Counted from the stretch's first letter, positions 42,225-52,327 are shown. The stretch is 64,000 bases of DNA from Candidatus Eremiobacteria bacterium (GCA_963758295.1 CAVWUU010000006.1:32001-96000); one strand, 5' to 3'. The notes: generated from the sequence alone by a model not told the origin. Numbers and translations: made by a program.

Positions 42225-43240
42225 GGCTGCCAGGCTCCTTCGTAGAGGTGCGTATAGAGATCCGACGCTTGCGGATACGGCATCGACTCGGCCTTGTCGG
42301 TCGCTTCGTTCGTCTCGCGCAGCACGTCTTTTTTCATCGCTTCTGAATCTTTTTCGCTCATCACGCCCGCATCGATGAGTTTGCGCTCGAAGTTCGGAAC
42401 CGGATCTTCCTTGCGCTGTTCGAGCACGACTTCTTTCGTGCGGTACGTCATGTCGTTGTCGTCGGTCGAATGCGCGAGAAAACGGTAGCACGTGCCCTCG
42501 ATGAGCGACGGTCCGCCGCCGGTGCGGGCGCGATCCAAGGCTTCTTTGACGTTGGCATACGTTTCAATCGGATCGACGCCGTTGAAGCGCTTGCCCGGCA
42601 TGCCGTAGCCGGCGGCCCGCTTCCAGACTTCCGGTTGCGCCATTTGTTTTTCGATGGGCGTGGAGATGGCCCAGCCGTTGTTCTCGACCAGCATCACGAA
42701 CGGCAGCTTGTGAATCGCCGCGAAGTTCATCGCTTCGTGCCACTCGCCCTCAGAAGTCGTACCTTCGCCGCACGTGGCAAGGACCGCGCGTCCTTTTTCG
42801 CCGCGATACTTCATCGCATACGCTGCGCCGACTGCGTGCGGAATGTGCGCCGCAAGAATCGACGAGAACGACATAAGACCCGCTGCTTTGGACGAGTAGT
42901 GGTTCGGAAACTGGCGTCCGCCGTTATGATCCGCTTCGCGCGCGAAAATCGATAGCATGATCTCGTATGGAGAGAGACCGATGCCGAGCGCGAGCCCGAG
43001 ATCGCGATAGTACGGCGCGAGAATATCTTTGCCGCGCTCGAACGCCATTGCGGCGCCGGCCTGCAGCGCTTCGTGGCCCTCGCTGCCCAGCGCAAAGGGA
43101 ACTTTGCCTTGACGATTCAGCTGGAATCCGCGGTTGTCGAGCTGACGCTGCAACAACATGTTGCGGAACATCTGCCGCAACTGCTCCTCGGTGAGGCCAC
43201 GGCGATCCAGGGTCTTGGCCTTCGTGTCGGTTTTAGCCAT
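42215..43240 (-). CDS. 2-oxoacid dehydrogenase E1 alpha subunit (copy 2)
   Basis: GEGTTSEGEWHE...ENN TPP motif; YRFLAHSTDD. Confidence 0.93.
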   Translation of the reverse strand: MAKTDTKAKTLDRRGLTEEQLRQMFRNMLLQRQLDNRGFQLNRQGKVPFALGSEGHEALQAGAAMAFERGKDILAPYYRDLGLALGIGLSPYEIMLSIFAREADHNGGRQFPNHYSSKAAGLMSFSSILAAHIPHAVGAAYAMKYRGEKGRAVLATCGEGTTSEGEWHEAMNFAAIHKLPFVMLVENNGWAISTPIEKQMAQPEVWKRAAGYGMPGKRFNGVDPIETYANVKEALDRARTGGGPSLIEGTCYRFLAHSTDDNDMTYRTKEVVLEQRKEDPVPNFERKLIDAGVMSEKDSEAMKKDVLRETNEATDKAESMPYPQASDLYTHLYEGAWQPWQ

Positions 43241-43333
43241 CTAGCCCTCGTGTCACACTATGAAGCGCTTCCGGCACACACCGGAAACGCTCCTTGAAGT
43301 TTCCTAATTCTTCCTTATCTTACCCGGGTCGGG

Positions 43334-44350
43334 CTACTGCCAAGGTTGCCAGCCGTCCGCATAGACCTCTTTATAGAGGTCCTCGGGCGCCGGGTAAGGC
43401 ATGGCCTCGGCCCGGTCGGTGGCTTCGTTCGCCTCGGCAAGCACGGAACGCTTCAAATCTTCCAAGCCTTGCGCCGTGAGCACGCCGTGTTCGACCAGAA
43501 GCCGCTCGAACATGGGGACAGGGTCTTCCTTTCGGCGCTCCTCGACTTCCTCGCGCGAACGGTACGTGCGGTCGTCGTCGTCGGTCGTGTGGGAAAGGAA
43601 CCGGTAGCATTTTGCTTCCACGAGCGTTGGGCCGCCGCCGGTGCGCGCGCGCTCCATGGCTTCGTTCACTGCCGCATAGCATGCGACGGGGTCCATGCCG
43701 TTGACGACCGCGCCCGGCATGCCGTAGCCGGCGGCACGTTCGTAGACGTTGGTGTTTGCCATCTGCTGGCGAATCGGAGTGGAAATGGCCCACTCGTTGT
43801 TCTCGCACAGAAACACGATCGGCAATTTGTGAACGCTCGCGAAATTCAAGGACTCGTGCCACTCGCCTTCGCTGGTGGCGCCTTCGCCGAACGTGACGAG
43901 CACGGCGCGTCCGGCTTGGCCGCGGTACTTCATGGCATAGGCCGCCCCGACCGCATGCGGAATTTGCGCGGCGAGGATCGAGCTGATGCTGTAGAGGCCG
44001 AGTTTTTTACTCGCATAGTGATGCGGGAACTGACGGCCGCCCGAGTGATCGGCGGCGCGCGCAAAGAGCGAGAGCAGCACTTCCTCCGGCGAAAGCCCGA
44101 TGCCGAGATCCAGCCCTAAGTCGCGATAGTAAGGAACGAGCAAATCTTTCCCGCGATGGAACGCCATTGCCGCACCCGCTTGAACCGCCTCGTGCCCTTC
44201 ACTCGCCGATGCGAACGGAATCTTGCCTTGACGGTTGAGCTGGAACCCGCGGTTTTCCAGCGTGCGCTGCATCACCATCGTGCGCAGCATTGCGATGAGC
44301 TGGTCGTCGGCGAGTCCGTGACGCTCTAGAGCCGGTGCTTTGGTAGCCAC
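43334..44350 (-). CDS. 2-oxoacid dehydrogenase E1 alpha subunit (copy 1)
   Basis: GEGATSEGEWHE...ENN TPP motif; YRFLSHTTDD; GTG at 44350 preceded by GGAG. Confidence 0.92.
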   Translation of the reverse strand: MATKAPALERHGLADDQLIAMLRTMVMQRTLENRGFQLNRQGKIPFASASEGHEAVQAGAAMAFHRGKDLLVPYYRDLGLDLGIGLSPEEVLLSLFARAADHSGGRQFPHHYASKKLGLYSISSILAAQIPHAVGAAYAMKYRGQAGRAVLVTFGEGATSEGEWHESLNFASVHKLPIVFLCENNEWAISTPIRQQMANTNVYERAAGYGMPGAVVNGMDPVACYAAVNEAMERARTGGGPTLVEAKCYRFLSHTTDDDDRTYRSREEVEERRKEDPVPMFERLLVEHGVLTAQGLEDLKRSVLAEANEATDRAEAMPYPAPEDLYKEVYADGWQPWQ

Positions 44351-44693
44351 GCTCCGGTACTCCGCTGCACCCGGGGGATTTCCTTTCATGCGTTATTAAA
44401 AGAAACGGCGTCCTTATTGAAGCAAAAGCGGTTCGCCGCACCGGTTATGACGAGGTCGGCGATATAAATTCGCTCTTGAACGCCTATCCCGCATTCGTCG
44501 CCGGATTGGACTGCTTGGTAACGTGCCTGGAGCGTGACGCCGAACTCCGACGCGCAGCAACGTCTAAATCGACACCACTGGCGAGCGCCAAAGAACGAGC
44601 ACGACGTTGCACGTGCACGTGCCCTCGCGCAACCATGAAAAACTCTAGACCGGAAGCGGCCGCTCAGAAATTATCCGTATTCACGATAGCTTC

Positions 44694-45485
44694 ATGGTTC
44701 TGCGCCATCAATCATTAATGATCAACGACCCAAGATGGAATGGCTTGGAAGGCGCCGGCGGTAGAACGTGGGCCGAGCGCAGCCGGATGGGGCCGCTGCG
44801 CGGTGTAATCGATCCGGCCGACGCGGACGGGCGACGCAATCGCTACCTTCATGCGTTGCATCAGCACGTACTCGATCGTTCGATAAAATCGACGCGACGC
44901 CGGTTTGCTCGCGCGCTCGACTTTGGCTGTGGGACCGGACGCTTCTTACCGCTGCTCTCGAAATATGGAGAACGAGTTTATGGCGTCGATCGTACTCCCG
45001 AAATGGTGGAGGCGGCGCGAGCGTATAGCGGTTCCTTTGCCGAGGCCGTCTTGCATTGTCAAAGCCAACGATTGCCGTTTGCCGATGACTATTTCGATCT
45101 CGCGCTCAGCTTTTGCGTTCTTTCGGTGACGGCGCGCGAATTGTTTGAGCCCTGCCTCTCGGAGCTTGCGCGCGTGATCGAAGAGGACGGGCTCTTACTG
45201 CTCTACGAAAAAGTTTGCGATCAGGACGGCTTAACGCTAGAGTTTTACCGGCGGGCGCTCCAAAAGGCACGCTTCTCTTTAGTTTCGGCTTGCCCGGCAA
45301 GATCGAGCGGCTCAAGATTCACGGCACTTTCAAAGCGATGGGACCTTCAGTTTCTGCTGCCGTTACTGGCGGCGCTGGAATGTGCGTTGGGCCGGTATAG
45401 GGTAGCGCGTCACAACGCACCCTACGTAGAGTACCTGTTAGTCTGCGAAAAAAGAAAACGCCGCAACGTCCGCCTTTGCCGTTAA
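44694..45485 (+). CDS. Class I SAM-dependent methyltransferase
   Basis: LDFGCGTGR motif I, GVD, LPFADDYFDL, ELARVI; start uncertain (44694 or 44718). Confidence 0.8.
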   Translation: MVLRHQSLMINDPRWNGLEGAGGRTWAERSRMGPLRGVIDPADADGRRNRYLHALHQHVLDRSIKSTRRRFARALDFGCGTGRFLPLLSKYGERVYGVDRTPEMVEAARAYSGSFAEAVLHCQSQRLPFADDYFDLALSFCVLSVTARELFEPCLSELARVIEEDGLLLLYEKVCDQDGLTLEFYRRALQKARFSLVSACPARSSGSRFTALSKRWDLQFLLPLLAALECALGRYRVARHNAPYVEYLLVCEKRKRRNVRLCR

Positions 45486-45507
45486 TCCCCGCTTCTCTGA
45501 TGACAAG

Positions 45508-45547
45508 GCAAAGAAGAAGGGCGCAACGGAAGCCCGTTACGCCCTTC
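45508..45547 (-). terminator. Intrinsic terminator of the minus-strand lipoprotein gene
   Basis: On the minus strand GAAGGGCGTAACGG-gctt-CCGTTGCGCCCTTC (one G-U pair) followed by TTCTTT. Confidence 0.75.
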
Positions 45548-45566
45548 GCATCGAGGTGGTCGAAGG

Positions 45567-47639
45567 TTACCGATGCGCTTTGAACCGCATAAGGAGGCGC
45601 CGAATCTGCTGCGCACGTGTCTGACCCGCAAATGCGAACATTTGCGCTTGTGCAGCTCTGGATGCTTTCGCGAAGTCGTGAGTTGTCGCGAGCGCTGCTC
45701 GCAGAATTTGCGGCGTTAGCGAATAGGTCGACTGGTAGGTTTCCCATGAGTCGCTGCCGCCGCTGCCAAAGAGTGACGGAGCGAGCGCCATTGGCCCGTT
45801 TGCATAGTACGAAGTTGCGTTCTGCACCTCGCACACGACGCCGATACCGCTGGCAACGAACCATTGCGTGTTCGTCGTCGTATAGCCGCTAAGCGGGTCC
45901 AGATGGTAGAATGTCTCGTCCACTTCCGAGAACGTCGTTCCGGCCGGCGCAACGGAGCTTTCGACGTTGCAGGTCTCCGCTAACGTGGCGTTCCCCGTCT
46001 TCGCAGCAAATGTGTCTTTCTGGAGCGGCGACGGCACAGTGCCGTTCGGAACCCCGGCGCTGGCATACCAGTTCGGGATCGACGTCGCTTCAGGAGTCGG
46101 CGCATCCGTCGGAATCGGATTTGGGATCGACCCGGGGAAGCTTTGGACGGTAACAGGGATAGTGCTTGCGCCTGGGGCCGGCGTGCCGATCGTCGCGATT
46201 GTGGATCCGCTAGCACCGGGCGGGCAGATGCATCCGGATCCGCCGTTAGCGTAGTTATTCGCAGTCGCGGTTGCCGTGCCGTCGGAATTAGCTTTGTAAG
46301 TTATATTAAACGAAATCGGGAACGGCACCGTTTCCGAGATGCCGAAATTGAACGCGTAAGAGCCGTCCGAGTTCGTGACGTTCTTGCCCGCAATCGAGTC
46401 GCCTTGGCCGTCGGCAACGTTGATCGACGTCGTGCAGGGGCCCGTTCCCGTCAAAGAATCCCACGATCCCAGCGGGAGCTTCCAGGCGGTCTGATACGGT
46501 GACGCGCATGTTTGCGCAAGATTTGTGAGCCCGAAAATTTCATCCGAGCCGCTCGCGCCTACTCGCTGAAGTGTTTCCGCACCGCTGGCGTTAGCCCACT
46601 GGTAGTAGGTGGTTCCGCTCGTGTTGAAAAGGAACGATGCAAAGCTTTGCGCAGCCGGCGGTTGATCCGGCGAGAAGGTCGCTGAAACTGCGACCAAATT
46701 CGAGAGGCCGTTGAACGACTGACTCGTGGACGTTGTTACCGTCTCGCTGGCCGATTGCAAAGGACCTGGCGATGGCGTTTGCGTTACGTCGTAGCTCCAG
46801 TTATCCGCGTACGAAACGGTATACGCGGTAGTTCCATCCGTCGTCGGATAGGATGAATCCGGCAAGAACTTTCCGGAGGTTACCGCAGAGGCGGACACGC
46901 CGCTTGCCGTTGCGCCGATCATCGCGGCCTGAGTCATCGCGCCGCCCTTATAGGTCAGGGTAATTGCGGCGGCATCGCTCGAGTTGCGAGCGCTCGTCCC
47001 GGAAAGTTGCGTTTGATTGGAGGCGTCGGTCAGCGTAAGCGTAAGCGGGTTTGCATAGGTGCCGAGAATCGTGTTGCCCTGCGCGTCTTTCGCAATGACG
47101 ACAAGGTTCCCGGATCCCGCAACACCGACCGCGAGGTCAGGAGGCGAGATGCTAATGCTCGCAACCGTTCCGGTAAGGACCGTCGGCGCGGTCGTGTTTT
47201 GGCCGCCTGCCGCGTTCACGGAGACGTTGCCGGCACCCGTGGCCGTTCCTTGCGCATTCGGTAGTCCGAACATCTTCACGAGAAAAACGTCTGCGCCGGC
47301 GGTGCTGTTTACGGTGAATTGGCAGACGAGCTGGTTGCCCGCAGTGGTGCAGCCTGCAGCATCTGCTGCGATGTTCTGCGTAGTCGGCGTTCCGCCGGTA
47401 ACGGCGCCCCCATTTACCGACTGCAATTGGACGGACACGGACTGCGTGCCGAAAGGCGCAGCGATATTAGGTTTACGCGTGCTGCTCGAAGATGACGAAA
47501 CCGGCGCCGTCACCAAGAAAACCACGCCCGCGTTTCCGGACGGGCCCGGACTCGGAGCGATCACGTTGTACCCGCCGCTGCACGCCGTGGCCAAGGCCAA
47601 AGCAGAAACGGCGAAGCCTAGTGGAGCTATACGCTTCAC
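45567..47639 (-). CDS. Large Thr/Ser-rich surface lipoprotein (paralog of 37663-39657)
   Basis: Lipobox-type LATAC-SGG; AAGGGGA SD; blocks shared with 37663-39657 along the whole length; start GTG at 47639 or 47645. Confidence 0.8.
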   Translation of the reverse strand: MKRIAPLGFAVSALALATACSGGYNVIAPSPGPSGNAGVVFLVTAPVSSSSSSTRKPNIAAPFGTQSVSVQLQSVNGGAVTGGTPTTQNIAADAAGCTTAGNQLVCQFTVNSTAGADVFLVKMFGLPNAQGTATGAGNVSVNAAGGQNTTAPTVLTGTVASISISPPDLAVGVAGSGNLVVIAKDAQGNTILGTYANPLTLTLTDASNQTQLSGTSARNSSDAAAITLTYKGGAMTQAAMIGATASGVSASAVTSGKFLPDSSYPTTDGTTAYTVSYADNWSYDVTQTPSPGPLQSASETVTTSTSQSFNGLSNLVAVSATFSPDQPPAAQSFASFLFNTSGTTYYQWANASGAETLQRVGASGSDEIFGLTNLAQTCASPYQTAWKLPLGSWDSLTGTGPCTTSINVADGQGDSIAGKNVTNSDGSYAFNFGISETVPFPISFNITYKANSDGTATATANNYANGGSGCICPPGASGSTIATIGTPAPGASTIPVTVQSFPGSIPNPIPTDAPTPEATSIPNWYASAGVPNGTVPSPLQKDTFAAKTGNATLAETCNVESSVAPAGTTFSEVDETFYHLDPLSGYTTTNTQWFVASGIGVVCEVQNATSYYANGPMALAPSLFGSGGSDSWETYQSTYSLTPQILRAALATTHDFAKASRAAQAQMFAFAGQTRAQQIRRLLMRFKAHR

Positions 47640-47803
47640 GAACACTTCCCCTTAGTTGATAGAGATATTAAGTTGTACGCTCGTTCTGCAAGCCAACGCG
47701 GCGCTTCACCTTGGGAGAAAATACCCATTAACCCATTTTTTACGCAGAGTTAGTCGTTAAGCGATTACGGGAAGCGCCAACGCATTCGGTGTATAGCGGC
47801 ACT

Positions 47804-48676
47804 ATGGTAAGTGTGGGTGTACGTCTTCTGTTAGGCGCGTTATTTATTATGTGTCTTTATTTTGCTGCGCCGTCGCGCGCAATGGCCGAAACGGAGTATT
47901 GTCCGGCTTTCGTTGTACAAACGCAGCTTCTGGATGTCCGCCCAGGAGGTAAATATACGCTGTTTGCCTATCGACTGCAGGCTGCGAGCGCGCGCGCCGT
48001 TTCCGGCGCCGTCGCGGTTAAAACGAGCACCGGTTGGTTTACGCTTCCGTTTTCAGACGTAAAGCTGACCGAACGTGACGAGCAGTGGCAATCGCCTACG
48101 ACGGTATTTAAGAGAAGAGCCTTTGTTTCGGCTCCGCTTTATGCGCGAATGCCGGAAGACGTCTCGGTCGTTGGGCAATTCGTTGAAGAAGCGGAAGCGT
48201 CCGGCGATTCAGTCTTTGGCTGGGATGCAAAGGGTCGAGTGCAATGCGCAGTGCCGACGGGGTTCATAACGCATAAAAGCTTTCCTAAGGACGGCCTTTC
48301 GCAGCAGAATCCCATCGACGAGCCTGGGCCGCCGGTTGCCGGTACGGCGATTGCGACAGCTTCCATAACGACAGCGCCGGGTGATGAGAGCTGCCCCATA
48401 CCGTTTGCCGATGCGACCGTCACTATGCCGATGCAGCCCCAATATCCGCGGGATCTTCAGGTTGATGGGGTAACCGGCACGACTTATGCGGCGGTCGCGA
48501 TAAACGCCGACGGTAAGCCGGACGACGTTTGGGTCTGGGGTACCTCGGCCTACGGGCCGATCGATCGTGAAACGCTCCGGGCGGCGCGACTGTCACGTTA
48601 TCGAAGCGAAACGTCGTTCTGTGCTCCCGCGCCTGGAATCTATTTGTTCCGCGCCGACTATCGGCCAGGCTACTAA
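47804..48676 (+). CDS. Secreted protein with C-terminal TonB_C-like domain
   Basis: Signal peptide (AMA-E); PQYP...VAINADGKPDDVWVWGTS..IDRETLRAARLSRY. Confidence 0.68.
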   Translation: MVSVGVRLLLGALFIMCLYFAAPSRAMAETEYCPAFVVQTQLLDVRPGGKYTLFAYRLQAASARAVSGAVAVKTSTGWFTLPFSDVKLTERDEQWQSPTTVFKRRAFVSAPLYARMPEDVSVVGQFVEEAEASGDSVFGWDAKGRVQCAVPTGFITHKSFPKDGLSQQNPIDEPGPPVAGTAIATASITTAPGDESCPIPFADATVTMPMQPQYPRDLQVDGVTGTTYAAVAINADGKPDDVWVWGTSAYGPIDRETLRAARLSRYRSETSFCAPAPGIYLFRADYRPGY

Positions 48677-48689
48677 GGACCGCAATATC

Positions 48690-49472
48690 ATGCGCTACGT
48701 AAGTGCTCTTTTGATCGTTGCCGTTGCATTTGCCGGTGCCGTAAAGAGTCAACCCGCACAGGCCAGTAATTACTTTTGCGGCGCATCGGCTTTTGTTGCG
48801 CCCTGGAACGCCCAGCTGGATGTGCCGCTCGCATCTTCGCAGAGCGCCGACTACGGCATGTATCTCGCGGTGAAAGGAAAAGCCGACGTCGCGGCGCGGT
48901 TGACGCTCATCACCGATAGCGAGGCGTATGCGGTTAACGTGCCGCGTTTGGGGCTGCACGAAGCAAAAGGCAACACCGACGAGGTTTCGAGTCCCTTTCT
49001 GATTCGTTTTCCAAAAGCGCAGCGCGTGCGTTATGCTTTTGTCGACGCCGTCGGTATCGACGGTGCGGCCATTGAAGACTGTCCATCCGTCGTTGAAAGC
49101 GTCGAGAGCGAAACCGGACCGGATGCAAGCGGCGATCACCTTGGACCGAGCCCGTTTACGCTTCAGCCGAAACTGCTTCAACAGTTGCCGGAGCTTTCGT
49201 GCGGTGCGGTGTACAAGCCGCCACGGATGACGCGCGAATTAGGCGTAGAAACGAGTTTCTTCGGGAACACCACCCGGCACGCCACAGTGCGGATCTACCT
49301 TGACTCCGACGCGCGGGTTGTCGACGCGGAAATCGCAGAATCCAGCGGCGTCGAAGGGATCGATCAACTGGCGCTGACCGATGCACGCGGCTCGACGTAC
49401 GAGCCCGCTTCCTTTCTGTGCACGCCCGTCGTCAGCATCGAAGACTTCGACTTCAAATACGGGAACCACTAG
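48690..49472 (+). CDS. Secreted protein with C-terminal TonB_C-like domain
   Basis: Signal peptide (AQA-S); VRIYLDSDARVVDAEIAESSGVEGIDQLALTDARGSTYEPA. Confidence 0.72.
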   Translation: MRYVSALLIVAVAFAGAVKSQPAQASNYFCGASAFVAPWNAQLDVPLASSQSADYGMYLAVKGKADVAARLTLITDSEAYAVNVPRLGLHEAKGNTDEVSSPFLIRFPKAQRVRYAFVDAVGIDGAAIEDCPSVVESVESETGPDASGDHLGPSPFTLQPKLLQQLPELSCGAVYKPPRMTRELGVETSFFGNTTRHATVRIYLDSDARVVDAEIAESSGVEGIDQLALTDARGSTYEPASFLCTPVVSIEDFDFKYGNH

Positions 49473-49494
49473 AAAAAACGCCGTAAGGAGCGGC

Positions 49495-50658
49495 ATGGCC
49501 CAGCCGACGACTGAAGCAGCGCACGGAGAACTCGTCCGGTATCGACGACACTTTCACGCGCACCCGGAACTCTCGATGCAGGAGCACGAAACTGCGGCGT
49601 TCATCGAGCGCGAATTGCGTGAGTGCGACTTCGATGAAATCCGCACCGGCATCGGTCAAACCGGCATACTCGCAACGCTGAAGGGCGCGAAGCGCGGACC
49701 CGTTACGCTTTTACGCGCCGACATGGACGCCTTGCCCATGCAAGAAATAGCTGAGCCTGTCTACCGTTCGACGGTGGACGGGGTCATGCACTCATGCGGC
49801 CACGACGGGCACATGGCGATTCTCTTAACAGCGGCGCGGGCGCTCTCCGGAATGCGGGATGAGATCCCGGGAACGCTCGTCTTCTGCTTTCAGCCGGGCG
49901 AAGAAGGTTTCGCCGGCAATCAATTGATGATCGACGACGGCGCGCTCGAAAATCCACACGTCGATCGAACGTTCGCGTTGCATCTATATAGCGGGCTCGA
50001 AGTCGGAAAGATTGGTGTTCGCGACGGCGCGTTTTTTGCGTCGTCCGATCGCTTCGAACTGGTGCTAAACGGAAAAGGCGGTCACGGCGCCATGCCGCAC
50101 ACATCGCACGATCCGATCGTGGCAGCGGCGCAGCTCGTAACGATGTTTCAGACGATCTCGAGCCGCGAGATCGCTCCGAAGGATCCGGTCGTTGTCACGG
50201 TCGGCAAGCTTTCGTCGGGAACCACGTTCAACGTGATTCCGGATTCGGCTCAACTTCTCGGCACGGTTCGTGCATTGGACGAAGACGTGCGCCGTTCGAT
50301 GCCCGAGCGCATCGAAAGAATGACCGAAGGGCTCTGCGATGCGCTTCGACTCGATTATGAGTTCGAATATTTCTGGGCGTATCCGCCGACCATCAACGAT
50401 CCGGCAATGAACGCCGTCGTTCGCGAAGTGGGCAAGCACGTCGTCGGCGCGGAAAACGTCGTCTATCCGCACGATATCGTCATGTGGGCCGAAGATATGG
50501 CGTTCATGCAGCAGCAACGCCCGGGTGCGTACTTCATCGTCGGCGTGCAGGGCGAAAAGCTCGGCATCGAGCCGCAGCACAGCGCGCGGTACGATATCGA
50601 CGAACGCGCTTTAGATGTCGCCCTGCGCATGATGATGGGCCTAGCACTGCATGGTTAG
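49495..50658 (+). CDS. M20D family amidohydrolase
   Basis: AAGGAG SD; HAHPELS, RADMDALP, MHSCGHDGH, FQPGEE, GKGGHGAMPH, AEDM, HS. Confidence 0.9.
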   Translation: MAQPTTEAAHGELVRYRRHFHAHPELSMQEHETAAFIERELRECDFDEIRTGIGQTGILATLKGAKRGPVTLLRADMDALPMQEIAEPVYRSTVDGVMHSCGHDGHMAILLTAARALSGMRDEIPGTLVFCFQPGEEGFAGNQLMIDDGALENPHVDRTFALHLYSGLEVGKIGVRDGAFFASSDRFELVLNGKGGHGAMPHTSHDPIVAAAQLVTMFQTISSREIAPKDPVVVTVGKLSSGTTFNVIPDSAQLLGTVRALDEDVRRSMPERIERMTEGLCDALRLDYEFEYFWAYPPTINDPAMNAVVREVGKHVVGAENVVYPHDIVMWAEDMAFMQQQRPGAYFIVGVQGEKLGIEPQHSARYDIDERALDVALRMMMGLALHG

Positions 50659-50661
50659 CGC

Positions 50662-51006
50662 TCAGACGTCTTCGCTTTCGGTAACGGCCATCACCCAGCG
50701 GATCGCCCGCGCGTACTGATCCATTTCGCGCAACGAGCGCTCGAGCGCGCGGAATGCACCAGCTTCCCGCAATTGGGCGCTCTTAGCGCGCTGTGCCCGC
50801 TTTCCGTAGGTAAGCGCAAGATCTAGTTGACGTTCGATCGTCGGCCATTCGTCTCGCAGCGCCTGTTCCGAGGCCTCGTTGAGGCGATCGATGACGGGAG
50901 GCGCCGGATAATCCGGCAGCTGCATGGCGCATTCCAGGCGCGTCAACGCATAATCGCTGCGCGCAGTGATGAAGGACCCGAGAAGCTGCACTAAGCGAAC
51001 GTCCAT
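50662..51006 (-). CDS. Hypothetical helical protein
   Basis: GAGGA SD before ATG at 51006; fills the gap between flanking genes; no recognisable motif. Confidence 0.6.
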   Translation of the reverse strand: MDVRLVQLLGSFITARSDYALTRLECAMQLPDYPAPPVIDRLNEASEQALRDEWPTIERQLDLALTYGKRAQRAKSAQLREAGAFRALERSLREMDQYARAIRWVMAVTESEDV

Positions 51007-51091
51007 TCTATCCTCGCAGGTGACGGCCAAGACACCCGCCTACTTACTTCAACGATACTGCGAACGCAAACGATGCGAAAGGAGCGTCCGC

Positions 51092-52327
51092 GTGGCGAGT
51101 TCGGGACGGCGATACGTCATCGTGGGAAACGGCTTTGCCGGTACGACCGCGGCGGAGCAGCTCCGCAAGCATGACCCGGAATGCGAAATTACTCTGTTCG
51201 GTGACGAGCCGTACCCGCTGTATAACCGGATTTCGTTGCCTCCGATGCTTCGCAAACAGATTCCAGAAGAAAAAGTGATGATGCGTGACCTCGCGTGGCA
51301 CGAGGACCACAAGATCGCGCTTAAGCTCCTAACGCGGGTCGAAACGGTGAACGTGGAAGGCTGCACCGTAGTCTCCGATGGTCAAGAGTATCCCTACGAT
51401 GCCCTGTTGCTCGCAACCGGCGGACGGCCCAATCCCACCGGGGCTCCTGGTTCAGAGGGCGCTAGGAACCTCTACAATTTCCAATACCTGGACGATACGC
51501 GGGCCATCTCCGAGCAGATCGACCGGGCCAAAGCCGCGGTTGCAATCGGCGGGTCATTCATCGCATATGAACTCGCTGAAGCGTTCGCCTCAAGAAAGAT
51601 CGAGACGCACTGGCTGATTCGCGGTCCGCGCGTGCTCCATCGCCTGCTCGATGAAGAGGCAGGCGAGCTGGTGGACGAGGCCGCCAAAGCTGACGGCGTC
51701 CATTTGCATTACGGTCAGGAAGTGGCGGAATTTGTCAGGTCCAACGGCGTAATCACCAAAGTGCGTACGAAGTCCGGTCTGGAGATCGAAGCGCAGTGCT
51801 ACGGTGCCGGATTCGGTCTTGCGATGAACACCGAACTGGTGAGCGGAACATCTATCGAGACGAGCCGGAACGGAATTCTCTGCGATGACAATCTGGAGAC
51901 GAACGTCCCCGGCGTCTTCGCGGCCGGCGACATCGCCGACTTTTTCGATCCGATCTTAGAGATGCGCTACCGCATGGGAACGTGGAACAACGCCGGCGCG
52001 CACGGCAAGGTTGCGGCCGCAAATATGATCGGTGCGAGCGAAAAGTATCACGACGTGCCGGAGTACTCTTCCCTCCTCTTCAAAGGTCAGACGATCACGC
52101 AGTTCGGCTTATCGCCGGAGCTCCAACCCGAGATCGAAGTTGCGAAGAAGACGGACATTGATAAACGTTGGTATCGCGCTTTATATTTTTGGCAAGACCG
52201 GCTCGTCGGCGGCATCATGCTTGGCAAAGGCAACCGCGCCGGTAAACGCAAGTACGTGGAAGCCATCAAAAGCAAAGAACGCTTCCCAAAAGCGCAGCGG
52301 CAAAGCATGTTGGACTGGACGGCTTGA
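51092..52327 (+). CDS. FAD-dependent pyridine nucleotide-disulfide oxidoreductase (ferredoxin/rubredoxin reductase-like)
   Basis: AAGGAG SD; IVGNGFAG, YNRISL, LLLATGG, IGGSFIAYELA, TNVPGVFAAGD. Confidence 0.88.
   Translation: MASSGRRYVIVGNGFAGTTAAEQLRKHDPECEITLFGDEPYPLYNRISLPPMLRKQIPEEKVMMRDLAWHEDHKIALKLLTRVETVNVEGCTVVSDGQEYPYDALLLATGGRPNPTGAPGSEGARNLYNFQYLDDTRAISEQIDRAKAAVAIGGSFIAYELAEAFASRKIETHWLIRGPRVLHRLLDEEAGELVDEAAKADGVHLHYGQEVAEFVRSNGVITKVRTKSGLEIEAQCYGAGFGLAMNTELVSGTSIETSRNGILCDDNLETNVPGVFAAGDIADFFDPILEMRYRMGTWNNAGAHGKVAAANMIGASEKYHDVPEYSSLLFKGQTITQFGLSPELQPEIEVAKKTDIDKRWYRALYFWQDRLVGGIMLGKGNRAGKRKYVEAIKSKERFPKAQRQSMLDWTA

Noticed and set aside
44476..44718. Small ORFs in the gap between E1-alpha and the methyltransferase
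   Set aside because: No SD, no motif and atypical composition; likely non-coding regulatory DNA.
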